DNA of 64,000 nucleotides, taken from IMG/VR virus record IMGVR_UViG_3300036942_000148, positions 14,609 through 78,608 of that record; one strand, 5' to 3'. The position numbers and the translations under genes are program-made. The stretch is from a virus (lineage: Duplodnaviria > Caudoviricetes). Every line of letters begins with the position of its first letter. Position 1 is the stretch's first letter. Below the pieces are notes generated by a model. It made no database searches. It worked only from the letters and a program-made list of their open reading frames with translations, and was not told the origin of the DNA. Positions 19,312-29,013 of the stretch are shown here, in pieces.

Positions 19312-20505
19312 TTAATTAGAAAGATCTAACATCATTTTCAGGTCACTTCTCTTAAGTCCAGAAGATGACTTACCCTTCTCTAAAGCAGAGAAAGACATTG
19401 TTTGCCAATCTTGAACTGAACTATCCCAAAAATATGCTAAATCATTAATTTCATCTAGAACTACGAAACCCAGTAAGTGATAAATATCCAATAATTTTTT
19501 AACTTGACTAGAATCCATAACGTCAACACCATACTCATTCTTCATTCTCTTAACTTCTTCTTTAGTAATTACGAAAGTAGTATTTGGAACAAACTTGTCT
19601 TTTCCAAATATCTCTCTAAACTTAGATTCAGAAGCTCTAGTCTTAAGTATGTGCCACCATCTAGATTTTCTTCTTCCTTTATTATCTTTTTCAAATTCAG
19701 CACGGATATTATCTAGGTTTAATAAGAAATCTTTGAAGAAACTAATTTCTCCACTAGTCCACTGAATCGCTTTGAATAAAACACTATTATCTTTAACTGA
19801 GTTAGCTAACTTTTCAGTCACTTCATTAGTAGGAAGAGCATGAGCAACAGCTTTAACTCCCAATACCAACTTGGTGTCCTTAATAGTGTTTTCTCCTTTA
19901 TAGTGAATATTTAATTCTAACAGAGAAGGTTGCTTAGAATTAAGTTTTTTGACATCTCTAGTATCGATATTAGCTTGGATCTGCTTATCTCTATCTTCTT
20001 CTTCCGAAATTTTATCTAAAATCTTCCAATCAATAGTTTTATCGTTCAATGAGTCAGATCTTAAATCTTCATCTATTGATTTAAGCATCTTTTCATTCAA
20101 TCGTTCAGCATTTTTAGTAATATATTTCGCAAGATCTTCACTTGACTTTAGACTAGTCGGTAAATTTTCTCTACTATCAGACATATCTATATTTTGATGG
20201 AATCTTTTAATGAACTCTGCTTTACTTTCTTTATCATTCACTAAATCGATAACGTCTTCTAAACCCATAGCAACTTTTACAAAAGAAGCATAATCAAGTT
20301 CAAGACTTTCAATTACAACTCTCAATACTTCTTTATCTACTGCATCACTAACTAATACTGGAAATTGCATTATTCCTTTACTAGCTTTCTTTTCAATATT
20401 ATCAGCAGACTTAAAAATATTGATAATCTTTTTTCCTGCAATTGATTTAGATCCTTTATAGATATCTTTAATAGAATCGACTAAAGCATTTATATCTTGG
20501 ATCAT
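19312..20505 (-). CDS. Putative virion structural protein
   Basis: 397-aa ORF with AGGAGG SD and a late-type promoter. Confidence 0.6.
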   Translation of the reverse strand: MIQDINALVDSIKDIYKGSKSIAGKKIINIFKSADNIEKKASKGIMQFPVLVSDAVDKEVLRVVIESLELDYASFVKVAMGLEDVIDLVNDKESKAEFIKRFHQNIDMSDSRENLPTSLKSSEDLAKYITKNAERLNEKMLKSIDEDLRSDSLNDKTIDWKILDKISEEEDRDKQIQANIDTRDVKKLNSKQPSLLELNIHYKGENTIKDTKLVLGVKAVAHALPTNEVTEKLANSVKDNSVLFKAIQWTSGEISFFKDFLLNLDNIRAEFEKDNKGRRKSRWWHILKTRASESKFREIFGKDKFVPNTTFVITKEEVKRMKNEYGVDVMDSSQVKKLLDIYHLLGFVVLDEINDLAYFWDSSVQDWQTMSFSALEKGKSSSGLKRSDLKMMLDLSN

Positions 20506-20557
20506 TTACGTTTTCCTCCTTTATTTCATAATTAAATTAGTAGTGTATTTAATCTTT

Positions 20558-20569
20558 TATATAATTGTT
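20558..20569 (-). promoter_or_regulatory. AACA-N6-TA late-type promoter
   Basis: AACAATTATATA upstream of 20505. Confidence 0.65.
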
Positions 20570-20706
20570 AATAGAACTAGGTTCTTATTATATTAATAAA
20601 TTAAAAATATATTTTTTATAAAAAAAAATACTCTATTAATAAAATCCCACATTTTATTAATAGATAATATTTTTATACTATTATCCTCTATAACTATCTC
20701 GTTCAG

Positions 20707-20871
20707 TCAAATTAAATAATCCAGTACTATACATACGCTTTCGAAAAAATTAGGGACGTCTACTTCTTGCACTCTTTTAGAAAAGTCAGAAGAATTACTA
20801 TTTGATTTAGCATTGTTTAATTGTCCCTGACTTTCTTTATCCATCTCTTCTTCTTGTTTGGTAAGCTTCAT
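20707..20871 (-). CDS. Small 54-aa protein missing from the ORF track (MKLTKQEEEMDK...)
   Basis: AAGGAG upstream with long spacing; TATATATTAT motif at 20996-21011. Confidence 0.4.
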   Translation of the reverse strand: MKLTKQEEEMDKESQGQLNNAKSNSNSSDFSKRVQEVDVPNFFESVCIVLDYLI

Positions 20872-20995
20872 TTATATTTAACAACTCCTTTTTAATCATG
20901 GTGGTTTAATGTTAGACTAAGAGATTTCAACCAGTAAGTGATAGGTGGGAAAGAGAATAATAACACCATACTGGAGTCTATTTAAGCTTACCATA

Positions 20996-21011
20996 ATTAT
21001 AATATATATTT
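20996..21011 (-). promoter_or_regulatory. Putative early promoter (TATATATTAT)
   Basis: AAATATATATTATAAT on the minus strand. Confidence 0.45.
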
Positions 21012-21029
21012 AAAATATCTTTTAATGTT

Positions 21030-21041
21030 AACAATAAAATA
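21030..21041 (+). promoter_or_regulatory. AACA-N6-TA late-type promoter
   Basis: AACAATAAAATA upstream of 21073. Confidence 0.65.
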
Positions 21042-21072
21042 ATTTTAGTTTAGAAAGGAGTTGTATAGATGA

Positions 21073-22185
21073 ATGGATTTAAATAATATATTCTCTGGAG
21101 GAAGAGGAGCGACTACTGAAAGAATAACAGAAAGAGGTTCAGGAGAAACCAATATAAATGGAGAACCTATTCCATATAAAAGTAATACTAATATAGAACC
21201 ATTAGAATTATATGAAGATAAAGATTATGTTAGCAAATATATAAATTATAGTAGAAAAGTAGGTAACTATAAAGAAGGTTCACTTACTGGATATTCCTAT
21301 ACTTTTTTCACTATACCTAATTTAAATGTGTTATCTGGAAATGGCTACGATCAATATATTGAAAATGGAGAAATTCCAGATTTAGTAAACCAACAAAGGA
21401 TAGAAGGTCAAGGCTTTGGATACGGAGGATCTAATTCAGCAGACAGGAATATGGTAGCTAGTAATTATTTTAGATATATTGCAGCTAACCATCCCGAAAT
21501 TATTAAATTATTAACACGGAGACCTACAAAATCGGGAAATAGTTCTAGTTATAACAACATGTTTATAATTCCGCTATTAACTAACACTGCTACTAATTTC
21601 TCCAATTCAGATACCGTCCTTCAAACTCAATCAATCGGAGAGACTCGAAATGGTTACAAACAAACTCTATCAAAAGGCTTTGTTAACAGTGTAGCTGAAG
21701 GAGACTTTTCAATTAGTTATAGGGAAACAAGTGATTTACATGTATTAAAGTTACACAAAATGTGGGTAGATTATATACATGGAGTCCAAACTGGATTATT
21801 TATCCCTAGTTTCGATACGATAGAGAATAGAGAATTGGATTTTACTTGTTCTGTATATCACTTTAATTTAAAGCCAGATGGTAAAACCATCCAGTATTGG
21901 TCGAAATATACAGGTGTGTTCCCTACAGCAATTCCTTACAGTGGTTTAGATTTTCAAGAAGGAGAACACGAAATAGTTAATTTTGATGTACCTTATGTAT
22001 TCAATTATAAAGAAGATATGAACCCAATAAATCTTTATGAATTTAATGCATCAGTCATAAGTCAAAATAAATTATTCGGTTTTAATGATTCTCTCTTATC
22101 GGAAAATTTCCCAGTAGGAGTTAATAATATAAATACAAAACCAGAACTAGTATTTTATGAACACGATGAAGATGATGAAAATTAA
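21073..22185 (+). CDS. Tail-tube-fold baseplate protein (T4 gp19/gp54-like)
   Basis: FSISYRETSDLHVLKLHKMW...YTGVFPTAIP resembles tube-fold motifs. Confidence 0.55.
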   Translation: MDLNNIFSGGRGATTERITERGSGETNINGEPIPYKSNTNIEPLELYEDKDYVSKYINYSRKVGNYKEGSLTGYSYTFFTIPNLNVLSGNGYDQYIENGEIPDLVNQQRIEGQGFGYGGSNSADRNMVASNYFRYIAANHPEIIKLLTRRPTKSGNSSSYNNMFIIPLLTNTATNFSNSDTVLQTQSIGETRNGYKQTLSKGFVNSVAEGDFSISYRETSDLHVLKLHKMWVDYIHGVQTGLFIPSFDTIENRELDFTCSVYHFNLKPDGKTIQYWSKYTGVFPTAIPYSGLDFQEGEHEIVNFDVPYVFNYKEDMNPINLYEFNASVISQNKLFGFNDSLLSENFPVGVNNINTKPELVFYEHDEDDEN

Positions 22186-22203
22186 TTAAGGTGGTGAATT
22201 TAA

Positions 22204-25200
22204 TTGACAGACCCAATAAATGTTTCAAGTGATATTTATGAAATTGAAGAAGAGATGGTCGAACTAGCAGGGAAGTATTTCAATATGGATCCCGATGATC
22301 CCGAATCATTGAATACATTAAAATCAGGACTATTTGGATACTTTACAGAAGCCATAAGCAATTATACTGCTCTCTCAGCGTATCATAAAGATGCTCTTTA
22401 TGAGGAATATTTTTTAAATACAGCACAAAAACCTGAAAGTATTTACAATTACGCTAAAAGGCAGGACGTTACTATAAATCTAAGTCAGCCTGCTCAAATG
22501 AGATTATCATTAGCAATTAAAAGAAGTGACATAATTGAGTATTCAATTTCATATGACGAATTTTTTAATTCCAGTAACAATATAAAAGATATTTATAAAG
22601 ATAGATATAATATTACTAGAGATTATTTAACCGAAGATTTTAATTATTTTATCATAAGTAATAATAATAATTGGAATATTGGTGACTATAATTTCATGCT
22701 GGACAGAGATATTATATTAACTATTAATAATGAAAATAATACTATAAATGTACAGTATATAATTAATGATAATAAAGAGCATATAGAATCTATAGAAACT
22801 CCTTATATTGATAGTATTATAGATAGTATCAATGGTGAAGAATTTTTAATCTTCTATCCAACAGTCTATCAGATGGAGAAAAATACGTTGACCTACAACG
22901 TATTTTCCCAAGATCAAATCAACAATATCTTTTATGACATAGATTACGATGATCAATTAGCAATATTCAATGTGATATATAACTTAGGCGACACTTCAAC
23001 AGTTTTACCTAAGTATTTTAATGAACAGACCAGCCCAGATGAAGATCAATACTGTTATTACACATTTTTAGACGACGATACTTATCAGATATACTTTTCA
23101 GCTCTCCCTAGAGAATTTAAGCCAGCATTCAACTCTGAGATAGCGATAGAAACTTACACAACTCTAGGTGAAGAAGGAAACTTTACTTTTGATACCGACC
23201 AAGTAATCGACTTTAGATTTATTAGTTCAGATAAGCAAGATGTTAATGTTATATGTATGGCAATGACTGATTCATCGAATGGGCAAGATCAGTTAGATCT
23301 AGTTGCATTAAAAGAAATGTTGATGAGAGACTTTGTAACTAGAGAAAACCTAATTACCAATATTGACTTAAATAACTTCTTCAATGATCTTATCAATCAA
23401 ATAAGTGTGAACGATAGCACCTTGGAATTTATCAAAAAGAGAGATGATATTTTAAGAAGGATATTTTCTTCGTTTATTCTATTAAAAGATAAAGATTTAG
23501 AAGTTATTCCGTCCAATACTTTAAATATAAAGACAAATAAAGAAATATTGGAGGAAAATAATAATCTATTGAACACGGGGTTCAATGTTCTCTTTGAGAG
23601 AGATCCCGAGGAAGATTACGGTTTCTTTTTGAGGAATTCAGACGATATCGCAAATTACAGTGATAAGGATTACTTTAAATATTCTTTACCATATACAACT
23701 AAATCAGAAGTTATAAATGGATCACCATTCATCAATTACTATAGAGATTATGTGAATGAGGAGTATTTCTTAGGGTACGACTTTGTGAGTACTACCTTTA
23801 ACTATGAGTTTATAATCAATACTCTATTTTTAAATAGAAATAGCATTCAAAGTCCTATATTAACTAATGATTCTCCAAACGTATATGAACTAGCAATAGA
23901 AATCCAATCAACCAACATTCCAAGTGAATATATCGGAGACCCTAATAGATTAAGAACCATTGCGATATTAAAAGACGAAAAAGAAACTCCAGTTGGGTAT
24001 TGCAACTTAAATTATATTCCAGATGATAGTCGAGGAGAAATGATCTATGGGACTAATTTAGAAACTAATAATAATTTTGATGGAAATAATGATTTACCCA
24101 TAATAAATGGATTTAGAGATTTAAATGGAAATTTAATGAATGAAGTTTATATAAATTCAGATATGAATATTGATATCGTTGTTTTATTAAATGAAGGTAC
24201 TAATACAACTAAGAATAGTATTTATCTTCAGCAGATGGATGATGCTAAAGCAGATTCATTCACTGATTTTGATAGTAATAATTATGGCGAGATCATCAGA
24301 CTGAATTCAAGGGAATTGGTTACTTTCTTTAAATCACTAGACAGCATTATTTCATCTGACATCTATTATGATGAAAAACAATATGAATTCATCATAGATG
24401 ATACTTCAGTTATAGATGTGAATGATGATTTAACTTTCAATATTAGTGACGATGTAGATACTGAGAATGTAGTTGTTTCATTAACTTCAGGAATGACAAT
24501 CAACGATGCTTTGAATCTGATCAATGACACTATTAATGATAATTCAAATATAGTAACCTCTAGTATAGATTTAGATAATAATAAAGTAATGCTTAGTTCA
24601 AATTATTTAGTGGATATCACTGTTATAAAAGGATCTACTTTAACTTCTCTTACTTTCACTAATAATAGGTTAAATAATATAACTATCAATTCTATGCCAA
24701 TGATTGGTTACAGTTATTTGGATCAAGAAAGTAAATACGATAGCCTATATAATTTATTAAGCACCTTTGAATTTATATTGGAAGATAATTTAAACTCATT
24801 ACAAAATAATACTGATCTTGATATGAAATTTTATAATACATTCGGTATGTCTCAGTACTATGAGATTGAAGAAGGCGGTCAGAGATTTAATAGTGATGTG
24901 AATATGTCTGTTTCATTAAATATTAAACTTAATCAAACTATAGATGAAAAAGAAATAATTGATTTCATAGCCACTTTCATGGAAAATACAAACAATTCTG
25001 ACTCCAGAGTAATTTCAATATCTAATTTGATCACTGAATTAGAAAACAACTTCGATGAAATAGATTATATAGAATTCAATACACTAAATGAGCATAATAC
25101 ACAAAAAATTATATATACTTATGAAGAATCTCAAAGTATTCAAGGAGCTAGTCACCAACAATTAATTAATTTTGTACCAGAGTACATTAATATTAATGAT

Positions 25201-25248
25201 TATACTACGTCTGATGCAGAGAAGAATATAACTATCTCCTATATTTAA
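22204..25248 (+). CDS. Baseplate wedge protein (T4 gp6/baseplate J-like)
   Basis: EYFLNTAQKPESIYNYAK and RENLITNIDL motifs; 1014 aa. Confidence 0.65.
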   Translation: MTDPINVSSDIYEIEEEMVELAGKYFNMDPDDPESLNTLKSGLFGYFTEAISNYTALSAYHKDALYEEYFLNTAQKPESIYNYAKRQDVTINLSQPAQMRLSLAIKRSDIIEYSISYDEFFNSSNNIKDIYKDRYNITRDYLTEDFNYFIISNNNNWNIGDYNFMLDRDIILTINNENNTINVQYIINDNKEHIESIETPYIDSIIDSINGEEFLIFYPTVYQMEKNTLTYNVFSQDQINNIFYDIDYDDQLAIFNVIYNLGDTSTVLPKYFNEQTSPDEDQYCYYTFLDDDTYQIYFSALPREFKPAFNSEIAIETYTTLGEEGNFTFDTDQVIDFRFISSDKQDVNVICMAMTDSSNGQDQLDLVALKEMLMRDFVTRENLITNIDLNNFFNDLINQISVNDSTLEFIKKRDDILRRIFSSFILLKDKDLEVIPSNTLNIKTNKEILEENNNLLNTGFNVLFERDPEEDYGFFLRNSDDIANYSDKDYFKYSLPYTTKSEVINGSPFINYYRDYVNEEYFLGYDFVSTTFNYEFIINTLFLNRNSIQSPILTNDSPNVYELAIEIQSTNIPSEYIGDPNRLRTIAILKDEKETPVGYCNLNYIPDDSRGEMIYGTNLETNNNFDGNNDLPIINGFRDLNGNLMNEVYINSDMNIDIVVLLNEGTNTTKNSIYLQQMDDAKADSFTDFDSNNYGEIIRLNSRELVTFFKSLDSIISSDIYYDEKQYEFIIDDTSVIDVNDDLTFNISDDVDTENVVVSLTSGMTINDALNLINDTINDNSNIVTSSIDLDNNKVMLSSNYLVDITVIKGSTLTSLTFTNNRLNNITINSMPMIGYSYLDQESKYDSLYNLLSTFEFILEDNLNSLQNNTDLDMKFYNTFGMSQYYEIEEGGQRFNSDVNMSVSLNIKLNQTIDEKEIIDFIATFMENTNNSDSRVISISNLITELENNFDEIDYIEFNTLNEHNTQKIIYTYEESQSIQGASHQQLINFVPEYININDYTTSDAEKNITISYI

Positions 25249-25273
25249 AAATCAGAAAGGGTGAAAGATAATA

Positions 25274-26227
25274 ATGTTCAACTTTAATTTTAACGATATA
25301 AAATTAAGTGAAACTGAAACTGGAAAGAAAATGCATAGTGTTTCTCATAATATTATGCTTTCTAGAGATAAGATGATAAAAGAAGAGAAAGAAAAGATTA
25401 GAAAAAGAGAAGAAGAATTAAAAGAGGCTAATGAAGAAGGTTATAAAAAAATAGTCAGTAAGAAGAAACTAGATCAAAAGAAAGAATTAGCTGAAAGAAT
25501 GGAAAACTTGAATTCTTATACCAAAATATTATTGACTGAAGGATTAACTAATATTATTTTTGAATCTATTCATTTAGATAGAAAATTTAAAGTTAATAAT
25601 GAAAAAGGGATTAAAAATTCTGTTCGTTTCTTAATTGAAAAAATGGTAGATGAAGGATTAATTAATAAAGAAAACTTAGAGAAAACTAATGCTATGAGTA
25701 GTTTATATAACGAAGCATGTAAGTACGCTGAAGAAGCATTAGATGAAGATATTGAACTTGTTCTTTCTAAGTTTAACGAAGATGAAGAAGTAACAGAAGT
25801 TTCAGGTGACGTTTCTGAATTTGTTAAAGATAAAGTAGTAGACGTTATCAATAAAGAAAAACAAATTGCTGAACAAAATAAAGAAGACGAAGAAGAAATT
25901 GACGAAAAAACTGAAGGTGAAGAATCGGAAGGAAACGATAGTGAAGATAGTGAAGAAAATGAAACTGTAAAAGAATCATTTATTTCGGCTGGCTATCACA
26001 AAGTAGAATCTGACAAACCTACATTATTCAGATCAATTGCTATTAATGCAGGAAGAGAACCTGTTTCAGAGGGTGTCGATCAAAACTTGGAGATTAGTAA
26101 TACTATTTCTGAAAGTATCATTCAATATACTATCTTAGAAACTCTTCACACTACTAAATTGCTAGAGTTTTCTGCTAGAGATGCTCAAGAATTATCATTT
26201 AAATATTATTTCAATCCTAAAGAATAA
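25274..26227 (+). CDS. Putative virion protein
   Basis: 317-aa helical, acidic ORF co-transcribed with baseplate genes. Confidence 0.55.
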   Translation: MFNFNFNDIKLSETETGKKMHSVSHNIMLSRDKMIKEEKEKIRKREEELKEANEEGYKKIVSKKKLDQKKELAERMENLNSYTKILLTEGLTNIIFESIHLDRKFKVNNEKGIKNSVRFLIEKMVDEGLINKENLEKTNAMSSLYNEACKYAEEALDEDIELVLSKFNEDEEVTEVSGDVSEFVKDKVVDVINKEKQIAEQNKEDEEEIDEKTEGEESEGNDSEDSEENETVKESFISAGYHKVESDKPTLFRSIAINAGREPVSEGVDQNLEISNTISESIIQYTILETLHTTKLLEFSARDAQELSFKYYFNPKE

Positions 26228-26239
26228 TTTATAATAAAA

Positions 26240-26273
26240 ATAAGGATAAACCATTAAATTGGTTTATCCTTAT
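26240..26273. terminator. Bidirectional terminator
   Basis: ATAAGGATAAACCA/TGGTTTATCCTTAT. Confidence 0.8.
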
Positions 26274-26279
26274 TATAAT

Positions 26280-26546
26280 TTATCTAAAAAGTTCAATAAC
26301 AAATCCTTTTTCTTTATATAGTATATTATAATTAATATTATTTATTAATTCATCTAACTTTTCTTCTAACTCTTTGTTACTATAAATTAAATTACCTTTT
26401 ACATATACTTTACCTTTTTTATTTCCATTTTCTCCATAAACCTCTAGATCGTCATTTTCTAATTCGATACTAAAGAAAGATGTCAATTTTCTAACGTGAA
26501 TAGTTATCTGAGACCTTAGACTGCTGTATTCTTCATCAATAAACAT
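26280..26546 (-). CDS. Hypothetical protein
   Basis: Operonic ORF with an AAGGA SD. Confidence 0.65.
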   Translation of the reverse strand: MFIDEEYSSLRSQITIHVRKLTSFFSIELENDDLEVYGENGNKKGKVYVKGNLIYSNKELEEKLDELINNINYNILYKEKGFVIELFR

Positions 26547-26561
26547 ACTAACTATCCTTTC

Positions 26562-27032
26562 TTAAATGAAATACTCTAAATAGACCGAATGAGTCTTAAC
26601 TTCAAATCTCATACTAAATATGGACGAGATGATAATCTTAGTGATATCCCTGAGAGTTCCGTCTTCTTGAAAGAGTTCGGGGTTATCCGTTACGAATTCT
26701 TCGGGATAGTCTTCTTCAATGAAGTAATCAGAGAACTTGTCTATAATTTCATCATAAATAGTATTAGACATAAACTGAATCAATTTATCTTCTTTTCTAA
26801 AATCATCTTCATCAATATCCTTAACTGTAATCATAAATACAGGAGTATTAATATTAATAAATTTTTTAGCTCTTTTATTTTTAAATTTTATATTATCTGA
26901 ATTATCTATCAACTCTTTAATAGTATCGACTAAGTCTTCTTTAGAATAATATGATATCAAATGTTTCTTAACTTTATTTACATTTTCTATTAATTCCATA
27001 TCGCCTTCCGTGAATTCTACGTTTTCTGCCAA
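26562..27032 (-). CDS. Hypothetical protein
   Basis: Operonic ORF with a GAGGAGTG SD. Confidence 0.7.
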   Translation of the reverse strand: MAENVEFTEGDMELIENVNKVKKHLISYYSKEDLVDTIKELIDNSDNIKFKNKRAKKFININTPVFMITVKDIDEDDFRKEDKLIQFMSNTIYDEIIDKFSDYFIEEDYPEEFVTDNPELFQEDGTLRDITKIIISSIFSMRFEVKTHSVYLEYFI

Positions 27033-27038
27033 ATTAAA

Positions 27039-27602
27039 TCACTCCTCTAAATAGTATATATCTATTTCAATCCTGGGATTAATTGAATAATATTTATTCG
27101 AATTAGCTTGTATGATACAACCATCATCTTCCCATAAAACATCATGACCAGAGTCAAAGAAGAATTTATCAAAGTTATCAATATCAGGTCTAGTAGTAGG
27201 TCTGATTATTTTTAATTCAGCCAGTGCGGCTTCTGTTTTGGTGAATGATTTTAAAGTTCTTTTATAAAAATCAATATTAACTATAGTTGCAGTTGTGATA
27301 AGTTCAAAATCTTCTCCAACTTTTTCTCTTATTTTTTGCTTTAACTTTTTCTTATCAGCTTCATCTGGATCGTACATTCTTACATAACCACCTCTACCAG
27401 TAGCTCTAGGTCTCTTTGCAGCTTGTGGATCTGTTTTAATAACCATTGATATTTTATGGACTTTTTTATTATTAATAGTTTCTACTTCATTGATAACTTC
27501 TTCCATCTTTCTATCATTAAATCCAGTTTTAAAATCAAAACTATCTTGATTTTCACTAATTATTTCTGTTATTTCTTCTTCTGAATAATCTATATCAAAC
27601 AC
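27039..27602 (-). CDS. rusA: RusA-family Holliday junction resolvase
   Basis: RPDIDNFDKFFFDSGHDVLWEDDGCI carries the RusA catalytic Asp pattern. Confidence 0.85.
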   Translation of the reverse strand: MFDIDYSEEEITEIISENQDSFDFKTGFNDRKMEEVINEVETINNKKVHKISMVIKTDPQAAKRPRATGRGGYVRMYDPDEADKKKLKQKIREKVGEDFELITTATIVNIDFYKRTLKSFTKTEAALAELKIIRPTTRPDIDNFDKFFFDSGHDVLWEDDGCIIQANSNKYYSINPRIEIDIYYLEE

Positions 27603-27671
27603 ATTATATTCCCCCTTAGAAATATTATCTTTATTTAATATATTAGTTAACAGAAATATTTATTGAAAAAA

Positions 27672-28997
27672 TTACTGTGGGAAATACTTTCTCATTTTTT
27701 GCATGTAATTTTCCATTTCACCTTTGATAGTTTGATTGATATGTCTAATATCATAAAAACCAGACTTAACTCTATGCTCGAATCTTTTGAATAGTATTGG
27801 ATCAGCTATTCCTAGTCCCGCCATATTATCCAAATAAGTAGTCATTCCTTTATTAACTGCTAAGAAAGCTGCAGTTTTATTCATTCTCATAGTACTATAT
27901 AAATCTTCTATATTAACGGTAACATCTATTTGTAAGGGAAGACCACTGGTTGTCCATAAGTCGTCTGAGCCACCCTTTTTAATTGTCATAGATGAAATAG
28001 CACCGATATCAATGCTAAAATGCCCAGGACATTCTGCTTTAATAATAAATGGACTTTTATATCCCATTAAACTATTCTGTCTAGGCAACGCAAATGCAAG
28101 TAACATAATAGTTGGTGCAAATACGTATTTATATATAGCTTTAGGAGTGCCATAAGGAGACCTGAATTTGAACTGTAAACTATAGCTTTTTCTAAAATTA
28201 GAGTCTTTCCATATTTTAGGGAATAACATATTAGAACCTTTAACAAACGAAGACGTACTTTCTGTTAATAAAGTTCCTAATTTATCAGAAAGTTTAGTTC
28301 CATCTGGATTTTCCATATTACTAACGTCTTCATTGATATTTTCTCCAGTTCTATTCATTAATGCAGCCAAGTCTTTTGCAACTCCACTAAATTGTTCTGT
28401 CATTTGAGCAAAAGCTGGTTTATCATAGGTATTATCAATGCTTTCTGTAATGGTACTCGCTTTATCGAAATAGAAGGTTGGTCCAGCTAAATTATACATT
28501 TCATACATATCTACTGGACTGTCTGTATCTTCAACTCCAAGCATTGACATTACATGTACAAGCATTTCTCCTACATATCTAATATAATCATGTCTCTTCT
28601 CATCAAAAGTATAGAATCTTAAATCATCTTCCTCTGCTGCATCTATTTTCTGATTGTCAAATATATCAAAAATAGATTCTGGACTTTCTATTAGTTCTTT
28701 AACAGAAAAGTCATCTTCATTTACTTTTCCACCAAAGATATTAGGTAAACCAGGTAAGAGAGAAACTAAGGGAGCGTCTGCTCCCAAAGTCTCTGAATAT
28801 ACTCTATTTCCAATATCGGAACGACCATACTTAAATGGTGCTCCTGCTACTTTATCTATATATTTCTCATCTGTTCTATATTTCCCACTATTTATACCTT
28901 TAAGGTTACTATAGTTCTCCCAGCTACTTTCATAATCTATTTCTTCCTCATCTGAGTTAGTTGCTTCTTCTGTCGCTTTTCCTTCATCATCTGCCAT
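27672..28997 (-). CDS. Putative baseplate/tube-associated structural protein
   Basis: PKIWKDSNFRKSYSLQFKF and GLPLQIDVTVNIEDL tube-fold-like strands; directly follows the tape measure gene. Confidence 0.5.
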   Translation of the reverse strand: MADDEGKATEEATNSDEEEIDYESSWENYSNLKGINSGKYRTDEKYIDKVAGAPFKYGRSDIGNRVYSETLGADAPLVSLLPGLPNIFGGKVNEDDFSVKELIESPESIFDIFDNQKIDAAEEDDLRFYTFDEKRHDYIRYVGEMLVHVMSMLGVEDTDSPVDMYEMYNLAGPTFYFDKASTITESIDNTYDKPAFAQMTEQFSGVAKDLAALMNRTGENINEDVSNMENPDGTKLSDKLGTLLTESTSSFVKGSNMLFPKIWKDSNFRKSYSLQFKFRSPYGTPKAIYKYVFAPTIMLLAFALPRQNSLMGYKSPFIIKAECPGHFSIDIGAISSMTIKKGGSDDLWTTSGLPLQIDVTVNIEDLYSTMRMNKTAAFLAVNKGMTTYLDNMAGLGIADPILFKRFEHRVKSGFYDIRHINQTIKGEMENYMQKMRKYFPQ

Positions 28998-29013
28998 TAT
29001 TTATCACCCACCT

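Noticed and set aside
10692-20197. Short antisense or alternate-frame ORFs inside the RNAP and structural genes
   Set aside because: Fully nested in well-supported genes, low-complexity F/S/L translations, no SD
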